Shown here in pieces: positions 9,819 through 20,270 of a stretch of DNA of 64,000 nucleotides. This DNA comes from an uncultured Bdellovibrio sp. (lineage in GTDB: Bacteria > Bdellovibrionota > Bdellovibrionia > Bdellovibrionales > Bdellovibrionaceae). The stretch lies in assembly GCA_963932905.1 (NCBI GenBank), contig CAWVRN010000016.1, positions 1 through 64,000 of the forward strand. Direction: 5' to 3'. The notes below the pieces were generated by a model. That model made no database searches and had not been told where the DNA came from. It saw nothing but the letters and a program-made list of their open reading frames with translations. Made by a program: the position numbers and the translations under genes. Every line of letters starts with the position of its first letter. Position 1 is the stretch's first letter.

Positions 9819-10868
9819 TTATAAATATCCTCGTTCTTGTTGATCACGTTCAATCGCGTCGAATAGAGCTTGGAAGTTACCATCGCCGAATCCAAAATGA
9901 TTTTCACGTTGGATGATTTCAAAGAAAATCGGACCAATCATATTTTTAGTGAAGATCTGCAGCAAGTAACCATCGTGATCGCCATCGGCTAAAATCGCGT
10001 GTTTTTCTAGTACGTCTACGGCTTCTACAACATTTGGAAGACGATCTTTTAGCATCGCATAGTATGTCTTAGGTGGCGGAGTTAAGAATTCGATATCCTT
10101 GTTTTTAATTTCTCCTAGTGAGTTGATGATGTGATCCGTTGTTAAAGCGATGTGCTGAATTCCCGATCCTTTATATTCATCAAGATATTCCTGAATTTGC
10201 GATTTTGTTCCTGTGGGTTCATTGATAGGAACCGAGAACGTCCCACATGGTGAACGCATCACTTTAGAAATCAAACCTGTCGATTTGCCTTTAATATCGA
10301 AGTATCGAGCTTCGCGGAAACCAAAAATGTTCGTATAGAAATCACACCATTTTTGCATCTCGCCTTTAGGAACGTTGTTCGTGAAATGATCCACGATTTG
10401 CAAACCGCTGCCTTTTGGCTGCGCTAATTCACCTTTGATTCCAAACGTAGTTTCATAAAATTTTTGCAATGATTTTTTATCAACTAAATAGACTAAAGAA
10501 TCACCGATACCATAGATCGCCGGCAATTCACCCAGCGTTTTTAGACCACTTTTAGTATCAAAAGCACGAGCACCGCGAGCTACCGCTGTTTTAAATGCGT
10601 AGTCGGCGTCTTGCACAAGAAAACCAGTCGAGCAAACGGCTGGCCCATGCAGCTCAGTGAATTTTTGCGCGAATGTGCCTTTTTCATTATTTAAAATAAA
10701 TCTGATTTTACCTTGTTGAAATAAGTAGATTTCTTGTTTTCCAGATTGCGCTGTTTTTTCAAAACTTAATTTCGAGAATAGTTTGGCAAAATCAAAATTT
10801 TGAGGACCAGTGAACTCCACAAATTCAACACCTAGTATACCTAACGGATTGGCATCTTGACTCGACAT
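9819..10868 (-). CDS. hppD: 4-hydroxyphenylpyruvate dioxygenase
   Basis: DHFTNNV, QIQEYL, GIQHIAL, LLQIFT, FFEIIQR, GFGDGNF; AAGGAG RBS before ATG 10868. Confidence 0.95.
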   Translation of the reverse strand: MSSQDANPLGILGVEFVEFTGPQNFDFAKLFSKLSFEKTAQSGKQEIYLFQQGKIRFILNNEKGTFAQKFTELHGPAVCSTGFLVQDADYAFKTAVARGARAFDTKSGLKTLGELPAIYGIGDSLVYLVDKKSLQKFYETTFGIKGELAQPKGSGLQIVDHFTNNVPKGEMQKWCDFYTNIFGFREARYFDIKGKSTGLISKVMRSPCGTFSVPINEPTGTKSQIQEYLDEYKGSGIQHIALTTDHIINSLGEIKNKDIEFLTPPPKTYYAMLKDRLPNVVEAVDVLEKHAILADGDHDGYLLQIFTKNMIGPIFFEIIQRENHFGFGDGNFQALFDAIERDQQERGYL

Positions 10869-10926
10869 AGAGGGCTCCTTATGGAACCAAATTAGGCTCG
10901 CAAGGCACAAAGTTCAAGCAAAAACT

Positions 10927-12198
10927 CTAAGGATTAAAGCCAAAATCAGTGCTGAATTCTAAGTCAGAATCACCGCCATAAAAGTGAATAACTTCGGGGT
11001 CAGCTTTGATGGATTTGGGTGACCATTTGATTAAATTTAAACCTTTGGAATCACGTAGACGACTAAGCGCTACGTAGGCCTGCCCAGGCTCCCATAGCTT
11101 TGATAAATCGCACCAAATTTTATCTAACGTAGCACCCTGACTTTTATGAATTGTTGTTGCATAACCCAAATTCAGTGGGTATTGCGACGCCGACATTGTG
11201 ACTTCGCCTTCGGCATTTAATAAATCGAATGAAACTTTGTCGACTGTAACTTCACGTCCCGTGCGCTTTTCAATGGTGATTCGTCCATCTTCAATTTGTC
11301 GAACAACACCTTGCGTACCATTAATCCAGCGCTTTTGCGCATCGTTTTGGGTAAAGATAACTTCTGCCCCGATTTTCAAAATCAATTCTTCCGGCACAGG
11401 AAAAGTGTTTTTCATTTTTTCTATTTTCGCAGTATCACCCCAATACAAAGTGGGGAACACATGGGCTTCTGATTGAATTTTAGCCAACTGCCTTTTGTTG
11501 AATTGATCCGATTGGTCCCGAAAAGGAAATAGACGAATACCCGAATCTGATTCGTCATGCACTTTTATTTTTTCATTTAGAAAATCAAATACTCGTTCGG
11601 TAACGCGTCCTTCGCGAATGTCGCTAAGAACACGCAAAAACGCATCGTCATGCGTCCTGTGATTAGTAGATAAAAATGCCTTTTGAAATTGAATCCTTTC
11701 CCACACAGGATGTTTAAATCCCCAGTTTCGCGGTCCCAATTTATTTACAGGTGGCAATTGAGCAAAATCACCGACGGCGATGACACGCATTCCACCAAAG
11801 GGATGTTTATTTCCCCGAGCCCATCGCGCGATCTGCTCCGCAATATCCAAAACATCGCCTGAAATCATGGAAATTTCATCAATAACGATGCCTTCAACGG
11901 CGCTGATTCGCTTTTTTAGTCGCTTGTCTTTTTTAGCTTTTTCAAAAACACGTTCAGGCCCACCTTCCATAATACCCAAGCCAAAAAAGCTATGGAACGT
12001 TCTTCCGCCAACTAAAACAGCAGCGGCACCTGTCGACGCTAGTACGGGAAATTCGTTTTTATTAAACTCTTTTAGGAACTTTTTGATTAAAAAACTTTTA
12101 CCTGACCCTGCCGGACCCGTCAGGAAAACATTTTCGCCCGATAATAATAAGTGAAAGGCTTCAAGCTGATCGTCCTGAAGCTCTACGTCTGAAAGCAT
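10927..12198 (-). CDS. Pif1-family (SF1B) DNA helicase
   Basis: TGPAGSGKS, IDEISM, GDFAQLPPV, TIHKSQG, GQAYVALSR. Confidence 0.9.
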   Translation of the reverse strand: MLSDVELQDDQLEAFHLLLSGENVFLTGPAGSGKSFLIKKFLKEFNKNEFPVLASTGAAAVLVGGRTFHSFFGLGIMEGGPERVFEKAKKDKRLKKRISAVEGIVIDEISMISGDVLDIAEQIARWARGNKHPFGGMRVIAVGDFAQLPPVNKLGPRNWGFKHPVWERIQFQKAFLSTNHRTHDDAFLRVLSDIREGRVTERVFDFLNEKIKVHDESDSGIRLFPFRDQSDQFNKRQLAKIQSEAHVFPTLYWGDTAKIEKMKNTFPVPEELILKIGAEVIFTQNDAQKRWINGTQGVVRQIEDGRITIEKRTGREVTVDKVSFDLLNAEGEVTMSASQYPLNLGYATTIHKSQGATLDKIWCDLSKLWEPGQAYVALSRLRDSKGLNLIKWSPKSIKADPEVIHFYGGDSDLEFSTDFGFNP

Positions 12199-12326
12199 TA
12201 TGCGACTATCGCATAGATCCCGCCATGCCTTCAATCGGTTTATCTTTACCAGTAGCGCCAAAGCTGTTGCCATAGGACGGGCATATCCTATAGACTCATA
12301 TGACTGTAGAAAATGAGAGGAACAGG

Positions 12327-13700
12327 ATGAACTCTAAAGTATTTGTTAATAGAACTCTGAATCTGAAAAAGATTAAATTTATTGGTCTGGATATGGACCA
12401 CACATTAGTACGCTACAATATTGAAAACTTTGAGCGTCTTTCGTACACAAAAATCGTTGAAAAATTAGTGGGCAAACGAAATTACCCGCAAACATTAAAA
12501 AATTTAGTATTTGACTATAATTTTGCCATTCGCGGTTTAGTTTTAGATCGCCAAAAAGGAAACTTACTTAAATTAAATCGTTACACCGCTATCCGTGCGT
12601 CTTATCATGGGCAGAAACCCATTGATTTCAAAACACACCAAAAATTGTACCGCAGTACTTACATTGATTTAAGCAATCCCGCGTACATGACAGTTGATAC
12701 TTTTTTTTCGATCTCGCTTGCGGTATTGTTTGGCCAATTAGTAGATCTAAAAGACTCTGACAAAGCCAACACATACCCTGAGTATTCACAAATGGCTGAT
12801 GATGTTTTGGCGTCTCTAGATGAATCTCATCGTGATGGATCTTTAAAAGATGAAGTTAAAAAGAACCTAGACAAATACATCATCAAAGACCCAATAACCG
12901 TTGAACGCTTAGAAACATTTAAAAAACATGGTAAGAAAATTTTCGTTTTAACTAATTCAGATTTTAACTACACAAAACTGTTAATGGACTACGCAATCAA
13001 TCCGTATTTAAAAGAACACAAAAGCTGGGTAGATTTATTCGAAATCGTTGTGACATTCGCCCACAAGCCTAGATTCTTCTACGAAAAACAAAACTTTTTA
13101 AAAGTAGATGAAAAAACCGGTACGATGACTAACATGGATGAACCACTGAAACACGGTATCTACCAAGGTGGCAACGCGTTCAAATTCACAGAAGACTTCA
13201 ATCTGGATGGAGATGAAATTCTTTACATCGGTGACCATATTTATGGCGACATCTTGCGCTTGAAAAAAGACTGCAACTGGAGAACTGCGATGGTATTGGA
13301 AGAACTTCAGTACGAACTAGAGAACAATACGAAGGCAGAACCAATTGTTGAAGAGATTGAAAAATTAATGGCTAAAAAAGAGCCAATGGAAGACAGGCTT
13401 ACGTTGTTAATGACTGAACGGACAGAGAATCCAAATCTGGATGAAAAAGAAATCGAAGAACTACAAAACGTAATTTCTGGTATCGATGCGCAGATTTCGC
13501 AATTAATTAAACGCCAGCAATCACTTTACAATCCTCAATGGGGTCAATTGATGAGATCCGGCAATGAAGAAAGCTATCTTGCTTACCAGGTAGAACGTTA
13601 TGCCTGTGTTTACATGTCTAAACTTTCTGATTTGCTGGCGCTGTCGCCACGAACTTATTTCCGCGCTCCTCGCCGTCCCCTATCGCACGAGCGAATTTAG
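12327..13700 (+). CDS. HAD-IG family 5'-nucleotidase (cN-II-like)
   Basis: GLDMDHTL, LTNS, KPRFF, LYIGDHIYGDI. Confidence 0.9.
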   Translation: MNSKVFVNRTLNLKKIKFIGLDMDHTLVRYNIENFERLSYTKIVEKLVGKRNYPQTLKNLVFDYNFAIRGLVLDRQKGNLLKLNRYTAIRASYHGQKPIDFKTHQKLYRSTYIDLSNPAYMTVDTFFSISLAVLFGQLVDLKDSDKANTYPEYSQMADDVLASLDESHRDGSLKDEVKKNLDKYIIKDPITVERLETFKKHGKKIFVLTNSDFNYTKLLMDYAINPYLKEHKSWVDLFEIVVTFAHKPRFFYEKQNFLKVDEKTGTMTNMDEPLKHGIYQGGNAFKFTEDFNLDGDEILYIGDHIYGDILRLKKDCNWRTAMVLEELQYELENNTKAEPIVEEIEKLMAKKEPMEDRLTLLMTERTENPNLDEKEIEELQNVISGIDAQISQLIKRQQSLYNPQWGQLMRSGNEESYLAYQVERYACVYMSKLSDLLALSPRTYFRAPRRPLSHERI

Positions 13701-13709
13701 GATCAACAC

Positions 13710-14726
13710 TTGAGTAGAATACCGGTTTTAGTTTTTATATTGTTAGTTTCAGTTTCAGGACTTGCGCAGTACCGCTGGCAAGCCCCTCCGAAAGATACGT
13801 TAGGCGTACGTGTTGGAATTATGTCGCCGCAATTATTTGCTGACATCAAGGATAATAAATCTACTGGTGCCGGTACTCCGATCAAATACCAACCGAATTC
13901 AAATTCACGAACCGCTCTGACTTTGTTTTACAGCCATTTTTCGTTAACCGGCAGTGTTTCCAATCCACTTTCTGACGAAGACAAGGCGAACAAAGGATCC
14001 TCTCGTGTAGAAGACTACCAATTTCGATTTTACTATAAATATGGAACGTGGGATTTGTTTTATCAAAACTACCAAGGTTACTTTATCGAAAACTCGGGTG
14101 ATATTGATCCTACGTATTCTGGTGTAACTAAAATTCAACGACCAGATATCAAGACATCCCACGCTGGAATTCAGTATTTTTACATTCCCTATGCCGAATA
14201 CTACTCGTTAGGTGGGACTTTTGAGCAAAACATTCGTCAGATTGAATCAGGCGGTAGTGTGTTTTTCTCGGGATATATTGGGCAGCATTCTATCAAAGGT
14301 GATACACCGTTGGTTCCAACCGACATAGCTGCAGGGTATGGATCATTTGCGAACTTCAAAGAAGGATATTTTCAGAATATTCGCGTAGGAATTGGCTATG
14401 GTTATACATTTGTGTTTTATAAACTGTATTTGGGATTTTTATTTGGCGTATCCAACGGAATACAACAACAGAAGTTTGATTTAATCACCGAGAAATTCGA
14501 TCGCTGGGTTGGTGCTAACGGTGCAAATCTAAAAGTAGGTTTCGGTTATAATGGCGAACGCTTTTACAGTGGTTTTCAATATGTCATGGACAACACATCA
14601 ATAAATTTTAACGAATACACAATGGGTCTAACTACTGGCGAATACCGAGTTTTCTTGGGGACACGATTCGAAGGTGTTAAAATTTATCCAGTAACTGCTC
14701 TAGGAGAATGGCTTTACGGCGAATAA
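13710..14726 (+). CDS. Outer-membrane beta-barrel protein (DUF4421-like)
   Basis: Signal peptide; YQPN, YQNYQGYF, RPDI, QIESGGS; amphipathic strands. Confidence 0.7.
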   Translation: MSRIPVLVFILLVSVSGLAQYRWQAPPKDTLGVRVGIMSPQLFADIKDNKSTGAGTPIKYQPNSNSRTALTLFYSHFSLTGSVSNPLSDEDKANKGSSRVEDYQFRFYYKYGTWDLFYQNYQGYFIENSGDIDPTYSGVTKIQRPDIKTSHAGIQYFYIPYAEYYSLGGTFEQNIRQIESGGSVFFSGYIGQHSIKGDTPLVPTDIAAGYGSFANFKEGYFQNIRVGIGYGYTFVFYKLYLGFLFGVSNGIQQQKFDLITEKFDRWVGANGANLKVGFGYNGERFYSGFQYVMDNTSINFNEYTMGLTTGEYRVFLGTRFEGVKIYPVTALGEWLYGE

Positions 14727-14875
14727 ATTCGCTCTCTTATTTGGAATTGATATCCTCAGTGTCGACAATTTTGACAATTAAGAAACTACTTCAAGCCGAG
14801 CAAAATCCTATGGAGAAGTACAAAAGTCTAGGGCATAACTATGTTTCGGTTGTTCGAAAGAGCAACACATTTTTC

Positions 14876-14910
14876 CCCCTCTTGCCTCTTGAAAAAGGGG
14901 CTTTTTTTTA
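14876..14910 (+). terminator. Intrinsic terminator-like hairpin
   Basis: CCCCT..AGGGG stem followed by T8. Confidence 0.5.
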
Positions 14911-14963
14911 CCCAAAATCTATTTCTTGCCTATCAAAAGAAACTATTCAAAACTATAATCACT

Positions 14964-15533
14964 ATGAAAATTCTAAAAATAATTTCGTGTGTAGTTTTGT
15001 TTTTCTCGCTAGCTCAAGCTCAAGAACCAACGGCGCAAGCCCCAAAAAAACGGGTGGGTAATATTGATCCCTTGGAAAAAGAAAAGTACAGAACTCGATT
15101 TGAAGCCAAAGATTCGAAATACTTTTCGTTTGGGCCTGGATTTGCCTCGAACATGAACAACACTGAAATGCTCTACGCCCTAGCTTTCGGATATGAATGG
15201 GAAGTGGGTGCTCAGGGCGCTTTGCTTGCCGAACTTTCCGGAATATTCGGTGATGGAACGTCATTTGGTAATGGCGGTATCGGTGGCAAATACTTTTTTT
15301 CAGATGAAGATACGTCTCTGTTTGCAAAAGGACTATTCGGTTTCGGTATCGCCAAAGCAAAAGGTGTTTCTGACACGACATCGGGTTTTTCGGGAAAAGT
15401 GGGGATGGGCATGACATTCTTCAGAACATCAACCAAACACCTCGAAGTTTCAGCTGATTACACAACTGTGTTTAAATCGGCGGACAGTGGAACCCCCGGT
15501 GTCTTCGTATTGTCCCTGGCATTGCTATACTAA
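14964..15533 (+). CDS. Small outer-membrane beta-barrel protein
   Basis: Signal MKILKIISCVVLFFSLAQA; Gly/aromatic strands; terminal Y. Confidence 0.7.
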   Translation: MKILKIISCVVLFFSLAQAQEPTAQAPKKRVGNIDPLEKEKYRTRFEAKDSKYFSFGPGFASNMNNTEMLYALAFGYEWEVGAQGALLAELSGIFGDGTSFGNGGIGGKYFFSDEDTSLFAKGLFGFGIAKAKGVSDTTSGFSGKVGMGMTFFRTSTKHLEVSADYTTVFKSADSGTPGVFVLSLALLY

Positions 15534-15539
15534 ATTAAT

Positions 15540-16142
15540 TTGAAAAAGATGAATTCATCCGACGCTTTAGTATTTAAAAAACTTTCTAAGAAATACAATA
15601 CTCCAAAGAAAGTCCAAAAATATTTGTCTAAGCTAAAATATAATAAAAAGCCAACCATGCGATCGGCAATCGAAACTTGGAGACATCAAGAAGCCCACTG
15701 CATGGAAGGTGCATTCCTTGCGGCCGCTATTTTAGAACCGCTGGGCTACCCGCCACTGGTGCTAAGTTTTGAAAGTATAGACCTGCTTGAACATGTCATA
15801 TTTATTTACAAAAAGAATAACCGTTGGGGAGCCATCGGTTGTTCGCGTGACCAAGGAATCAAGGGTCGTAAACCTGTATTTAAAACTATACTTGAACTCA
15901 CAAAGAGTTACTTTGAGCCTTATATAGATAAAACTGGAAAAATCACTGCGTATCAAAAAGCTAACTTAGATGATACACAGGCTGATTGGCGTTTTTCGAA
16001 GCGAAATGTGTGGAAATCAGAAAATTATTTGCTCAATTTGCCTCATATCAAATTTAAAAGTTCTAAAAAACGTTATCTTGAAATTAAGAAACGATATCTT
16101 AAATATGGACCAATGAAGCCCAAATCTTACTGGCAATATTAA
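15540..16142 (+). CDS. Basic transglutaminase-like conserved protein
   Basis: AHCMEGAFLAAA, EHVIF, WGAIG (putative Cys-His dyad). Confidence 0.6.
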   Translation: MKKMNSSDALVFKKLSKKYNTPKKVQKYLSKLKYNKKPTMRSAIETWRHQEAHCMEGAFLAAAILEPLGYPPLVLSFESIDLLEHVIFIYKKNNRWGAIGCSRDQGIKGRKPVFKTILELTKSYFEPYIDKTGKITAYQKANLDDTQADWRFSKRNVWKSENYLLNLPHIKFKSSKKRYLEIKKRYLKYGPMKPKSYWQY

Positions 16143-16299
16143 CGACATTGCCAGAGTACAACTTTATGATACCTGTCGGATTCCACGACACTAAAATTTT
16201 GTAAAAAAAATTCTGTCTCATCGTGGACCATACGTAAAATCTATGCATACCGGGTTTTCAAAACTATGCGATACTGTTGAATAGAGATCGGGGGGATTT

Positions 16300-16965
16300 A
16301 TGAGATTAATAATTCTATTCGCATTGACAGCACTCCTGCCAGTAATTATCCAAGCTAAAATGCCAGAACTTTCACCAAGTAATTTTTCAGCTGCATCCTT
16401 AACAGTGGCTTTTGATAGAACAATCAAATTGACAGAAAAAAATAAATTTCGTTTTCCTGTTGATATTGACACCTACAACCGCTGCTATATCAGTTCGCCG
16501 ACACCGCTTTTAAAAAAGAACATCGTTATAGCTAAAGGCAGCCAATGGCGATCGCAGCGTAATTCCGAATGGAGCGATTGGGATTCAAAGAACTTTAGTT
16601 TTAAGCTGACTCATAAATCGGTGTCCGTCGTACTAAAGTGTGAATTGAATTTGGCGGGCGAAATTTTCTTGTATCATTCGGCAATGACAAAGAAGGCGTC
16701 TTCGGTCTGCGCAAAGCAAGGCGGCAAAGTACGCCAGGCTTCTCCAAAGACAATTACTCAGCAGTCAACGGCCAAACCATATCGATTCCCCGCTACGGTA
16801 GCTAAGGTGTCTATACCGCCATCACAAGCCCACTGCGTTAAACAAGTCTCAAAATTGAACACATCCAAATTTAAGAACGCTTTTCTAAGGAAAAAAATCC
16901 TTGTCAATATGGAATTACCATCAACTGAGGTAGATGATGAATCTATAGATTCAGCTGCCTTCTAA
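16300..16965 (+). CDS. Secreted hypothetical protein
   Basis: Signal peptide; GGGGG RBS. Confidence 0.65.
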   Translation: MRLIILFALTALLPVIIQAKMPELSPSNFSAASLTVAFDRTIKLTEKNKFRFPVDIDTYNRCYISSPTPLLKKNIVIAKGSQWRSQRNSEWSDWDSKNFSFKLTHKSVSVVLKCELNLAGEIFLYHSAMTKKASSVCAKQGGKVRQASPKTITQQSTAKPYRFPATVAKVSIPPSQAHCVKQVSKLNTSKFKNAFLRKKILVNMELPSTEVDDESIDSAAF

Positions 16966-17081
16966 GTGGGTTCTTTCTCAAATAAGTGAATAATTAGAAA
17001 AACAAGAGGGCTCCAAAAAGCCCTTTTTTCTTGCCTGAAGACCTAATTTAATCGAGTTGCAAAACAAAAACTAATCACCGA

Positions 17082-17405
17082 ATGGTAGCAATGCTTCAGC
17101 ACTACAAAATCCCAAAAGCTAAAAAACTAAGTGTTGATGAAGTGTATGCCAGAAAGAGATCCCGCTTTTACGGTGAATCTACGGAGAAGAAATTTTTCAC
17201 AGTAATTACTGATGTCGAAACAAGAAAAGTTATTTGGGTAAATGATGGCAGAAGCAAAGAGGCCTTAGATCAGTTTTATAGAATCATCGGTAAAGAGGCT
17301 TGCGCAAATATTGAAGTGTTCGCGATGGATCAATTTGATGGTTACCGAGCCAGTACTGAGGAGCACTGCCCTCAGGCGTCTGTGGTTTTAGATCGATTTC
17401 ATATT
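17082..17405 (+). pseudogene. ISL3 transposase internal fragment
   Basis: SVDE, TVITD, GRSKEAL, AMD, DRFHI motifs; lacks N- and C-terminal parts. Confidence 0.85.
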
Positions 17406-19919
17406 CGTCTTTTTCAAAATTTTCTCGGCGAGTTTTTTTTCGTCGGGCTCCGCAAGCTGTGCGAATTTTTTCAACTCTTTCACGAATGCAGGACTTAGTG
17501 ACTTCTGTTTTGTCGCCTCACGCCCAATGCGGTTAAGCACAGGGACATTTATCTGATTCGAGTGAAGTAGGCGGATGAGTTCTTCTTCGCTGAAGTCCAA
17601 ATCATCTTTTGACTTAGCCTTACCATCGTTTTCGAAAATTTTTTCGTAGAGCTCCTGCAGGGCGTAGCGATGAATCGGATCTTCGCCCGCGAGATTATCG
17701 AGTAGGCCAAACTCGGGCAGATCATTCGTATCGTTCGAGATGCCGGCGAATAGGCAGTGCTTTCGCAGCTCGGGCTCTGCCTTCAGGATCTCGCGACCAA
17801 AACTGAAATCTTCGGGCGAGAGATGAAATTCCTCATCCGTAGGATGCAGGTTTTGCGCTTTTCGGTACGCAGAGAATGCGGTGACTGATTCCTTTGCGAA
17901 GCTCGCGAGTAGCACAAGATGTTTCGGTCGGACTTGAAATTTTGCCGGGCCGTAAATGACGTAGTTTTCGCGAGCATAAAACCCAGTGCGACTCGTACCT
18001 TTTTGCCACGCCTTGAATTCTTTCGACGTCTTGATGTCTTGAAAATCAGCGAACGTGTCATCCTTGGCCAATACATTTTGAGCCAAAAGACACGCTTCGT
18101 CTATCCGTTTGAGCTTCAGAAGAAGTCGCACTTTGATGTCCAGCAAATAACGAAGGTCATCGTGTCGATAGACGTTTAAGACTTCGTCCGTCGCTTCGTC
18201 GATCATGCTGACGGCTGTGAGCAGATCATTTTGTTCAGACGAGGTTTCAAGAATTCGCCAGGCCATATTGCCGAGCGCTGATTCAAATCCTTTCACCATA
18301 GCATTTTTGGGCGCATAGGCCCATTCGGGTGAGGGATGCACCATCAGGTTTAGGATTGTTTTCGAGAGTTCTTGAATCTGTTCATCAAGCACCGCCGAGG
18401 GAGCTTGATTTTTCAAGGTTGCAAGAATCCAGAGGCGCCAATTGAGCGCATCGATGTTGCGAGGGTGGATCTGATTCACTTCGACCCACACAGGAAGCGA
18501 CTCCTGGTATTTCTGCTGACGAACCAAGTCGGCAGCTTTGGTCAAAAGCGTTTTGACATCTTCTTGAGTCTGTTTTTTTGCGCCGGTTTCTTTTTGCAGT
18601 TTTTTGGCGAGGTCAGATTTTCCACCTTTTTCAAAGGTCGCGGCCATGGCTCCTTGCAAGATGGGAATTTTACCGGATAGGGATTTTCGCTCGTTCGGCG
18701 TTAGCGATTCGATATACTCCAGTGCGGCTTCGGCCGCTTCGAGGCTGTGATCCAGAGCTTCGGCTTCCAGCATGCCTGAAATGACACGGTAAAAATGGAT
18801 GACCATAAGATCTGCTGACAGGTGATCTTGGAAATTCGTTAACAGGATATCTGAATCTTGGGCCGCTTCTGGCATGCGTCCCAGCTTGTAAAGGCAGTCC
18901 GATCTTTCGAGGTAAAGTTCATAGAAGGGGCTAGCTTCAAGGCCTTTTGTATAGAGCGCGCGAGCGTCTTCCCAACGTTCGTGGCCGAGTTCGAGCATCG
19001 CGCGATTGCGGCAGGCCATTGCGTAAATATGGTGATCACTATCTTCGTGGGTGCCTTCGCGGGTTGTGAAATGTTTCTCGTAGCGCGCCAGCGAAAGGTC
19101 GTAAAAATGCGCCGTCATTTTTTCCAAGCTGTCTCTTTCCGCCGAACCCTTCACCGTGGCGCGGAGCATATGTCCATGCACGACGCCAGCGTTGTAGAAG
19201 GCGCGTGCGCTGGGAAAGGTTTCATCGACGGCATCTTTGAAATTCTCTTTTTTAAAACCCTCTTTTTCGAAGCGGTGCTTGCGTGCAGACGCTTGAAAGA
19301 ATGGATCCCGAGTGCGTTTCACGTATTCATCCAAAGATTTAGCGGCGGCCAAGTGATCTGCTTTCGCCGCAGCCAGGGCCGAGAGCGCACGAAAATAAAA
19401 GACCGCAGTCGGATCTTTTTCGAAAGCGAGCTTTGCGAGGTTGAGACCCCATGTCGGGCCCGATCCTTCGACTGTGAATTTCCCTTTTACTTTTTTTACT
19501 AGGGCGGGCTTCAGAAGTTTTTCCCAGTCGAACATAGTTTTCGCCACGACTTCCATCAATTTTGGTTCGGACTCTGACCCGCCCCGCGAAACAATTAGGC
19601 CGATAACGTCATTCAGAAGTTCCGGTGAGTCTTCGTTGATGGATTGCAGCCAATGCTCTCCGGCTTCGCGTAGACGACCCATTTCGTTCGCTAAGACACC
19701 GGCTTGAAAGAGAAGGCCAAAATTGACCCCGCTAAATTGGGTTGCATTCTTCGTATGCAGATAGGCCGACTCAAGATCCTTAGACTCGTAATGAGCTTTC
19801 GCCAGACGTAAATGCGTTGCCATCAATTGTGGAAACAGTTCCGCCGATTTCTTCTGACTTGTTTCAAGATCTTTCAAGGCTGCAACAAGTTTACGAACTT
19901 CTGATGATCTATTCTGCAT
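17388..19919 (-). CDS. Large tetratricopeptide-repeat protein
   Basis: 843 aa with multiple TPR-like helical pairs; visibly more GC-rich than flanks. Confidence 0.8.
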   Translation of the reverse strand: MQNRSSEVRKLVAALKDLETSQKKSAELFPQLMATHLRLAKAHYESKDLESAYLHTKNATQFSGVNFGLLFQAGVLANEMGRLREAGEHWLQSINEDSPELLNDVIGLIVSRGGSESEPKLMEVVAKTMFDWEKLLKPALVKKVKGKFTVEGSGPTWGLNLAKLAFEKDPTAVFYFRALSALAAAKADHLAAAKSLDEYVKRTRDPFFQASARKHRFEKEGFKKENFKDAVDETFPSARAFYNAGVVHGHMLRATVKGSAERDSLEKMTAHFYDLSLARYEKHFTTREGTHEDSDHHIYAMACRNRAMLELGHERWEDARALYTKGLEASPFYELYLERSDCLYKLGRMPEAAQDSDILLTNFQDHLSADLMVIHFYRVISGMLEAEALDHSLEAAEAALEYIESLTPNERKSLSGKIPILQGAMAATFEKGGKSDLAKKLQKETGAKKQTQEDVKTLLTKAADLVRQQKYQESLPVWVEVNQIHPRNIDALNWRLWILATLKNQAPSAVLDEQIQELSKTILNLMVHPSPEWAYAPKNAMVKGFESALGNMAWRILETSSEQNDLLTAVSMIDEATDEVLNVYRHDDLRYLLDIKVRLLLKLKRIDEACLLAQNVLAKDDTFADFQDIKTSKEFKAWQKGTSRTGFYARENYVIYGPAKFQVRPKHLVLLASFAKESVTAFSAYRKAQNLHPTDEEFHLSPEDFSFGREILKAEPELRKHCLFAGISNDTNDLPEFGLLDNLAGEDPIHRYALQELYEKIFENDGKAKSKDDLDFSEEELIRLLHSNQINVPVLNRIGREATKQKSLSPAFVKELKKFAQLAEPDEKKLAEKILKKTNMKSI

Positions 19920-20270
19920 AGCGAAGCTCCATTCAAATGAGTAGAACCTAGTCTACCTACAAGTTCATTCTTTTTCCAGAGCTGAATTTACTGACGCATG
20001 ACTAGCTATATATTTCGTCGCCAACCAGCTAAAATGGCCCCTTTTCACCCCGAAGGGGAACGGAGAACCACAATTCAGGTGAGAAAAAATTGGCAGTGAT
20101 ACTCATCTATTAAGCGAACGCACGCAACCTACTGTAATACAATTTGACTAGTTCTATATCGAACTAAGTGCCTCAGAAAGGGCTCTGTGTTTAACGGCAA
20201 GACATCCTATGCGCTTAGGATGGTCCCCAAATAATGGAAACCAGGCCCTAAGCTTGCACCTTCCTAGCCC

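Larger units (their letters stand above)
16969..20069 (+). mobile_element. Degenerate ISL3-family element enclosing a TPR gene
   Basis: Starts GGTTCT and ends AGAACC; transposase fragment at left; ISL3-like C-terminal tail (LAIYFVANQLKWPLFTPKGNGEP) running into right end; no target duplication seen. Confidence 0.55.

Noticed and set aside
9818..9937. N-terminal extension of HmgA in the ORF track
   Set aside because: Overlaps hppD; ATG 9817 fits homolog-like start and coupling
14830..14870. c-di-GMP-I riboswitch
   Set aside because: GAAA tetraloop present but flanking GGCAAA/GACGCAAA consensus absent
17783..19707. Several overlapping ORFs within the TPR gene
   Set aside because: Shadow ORFs expected in GC-richer coding DNA; no motifs
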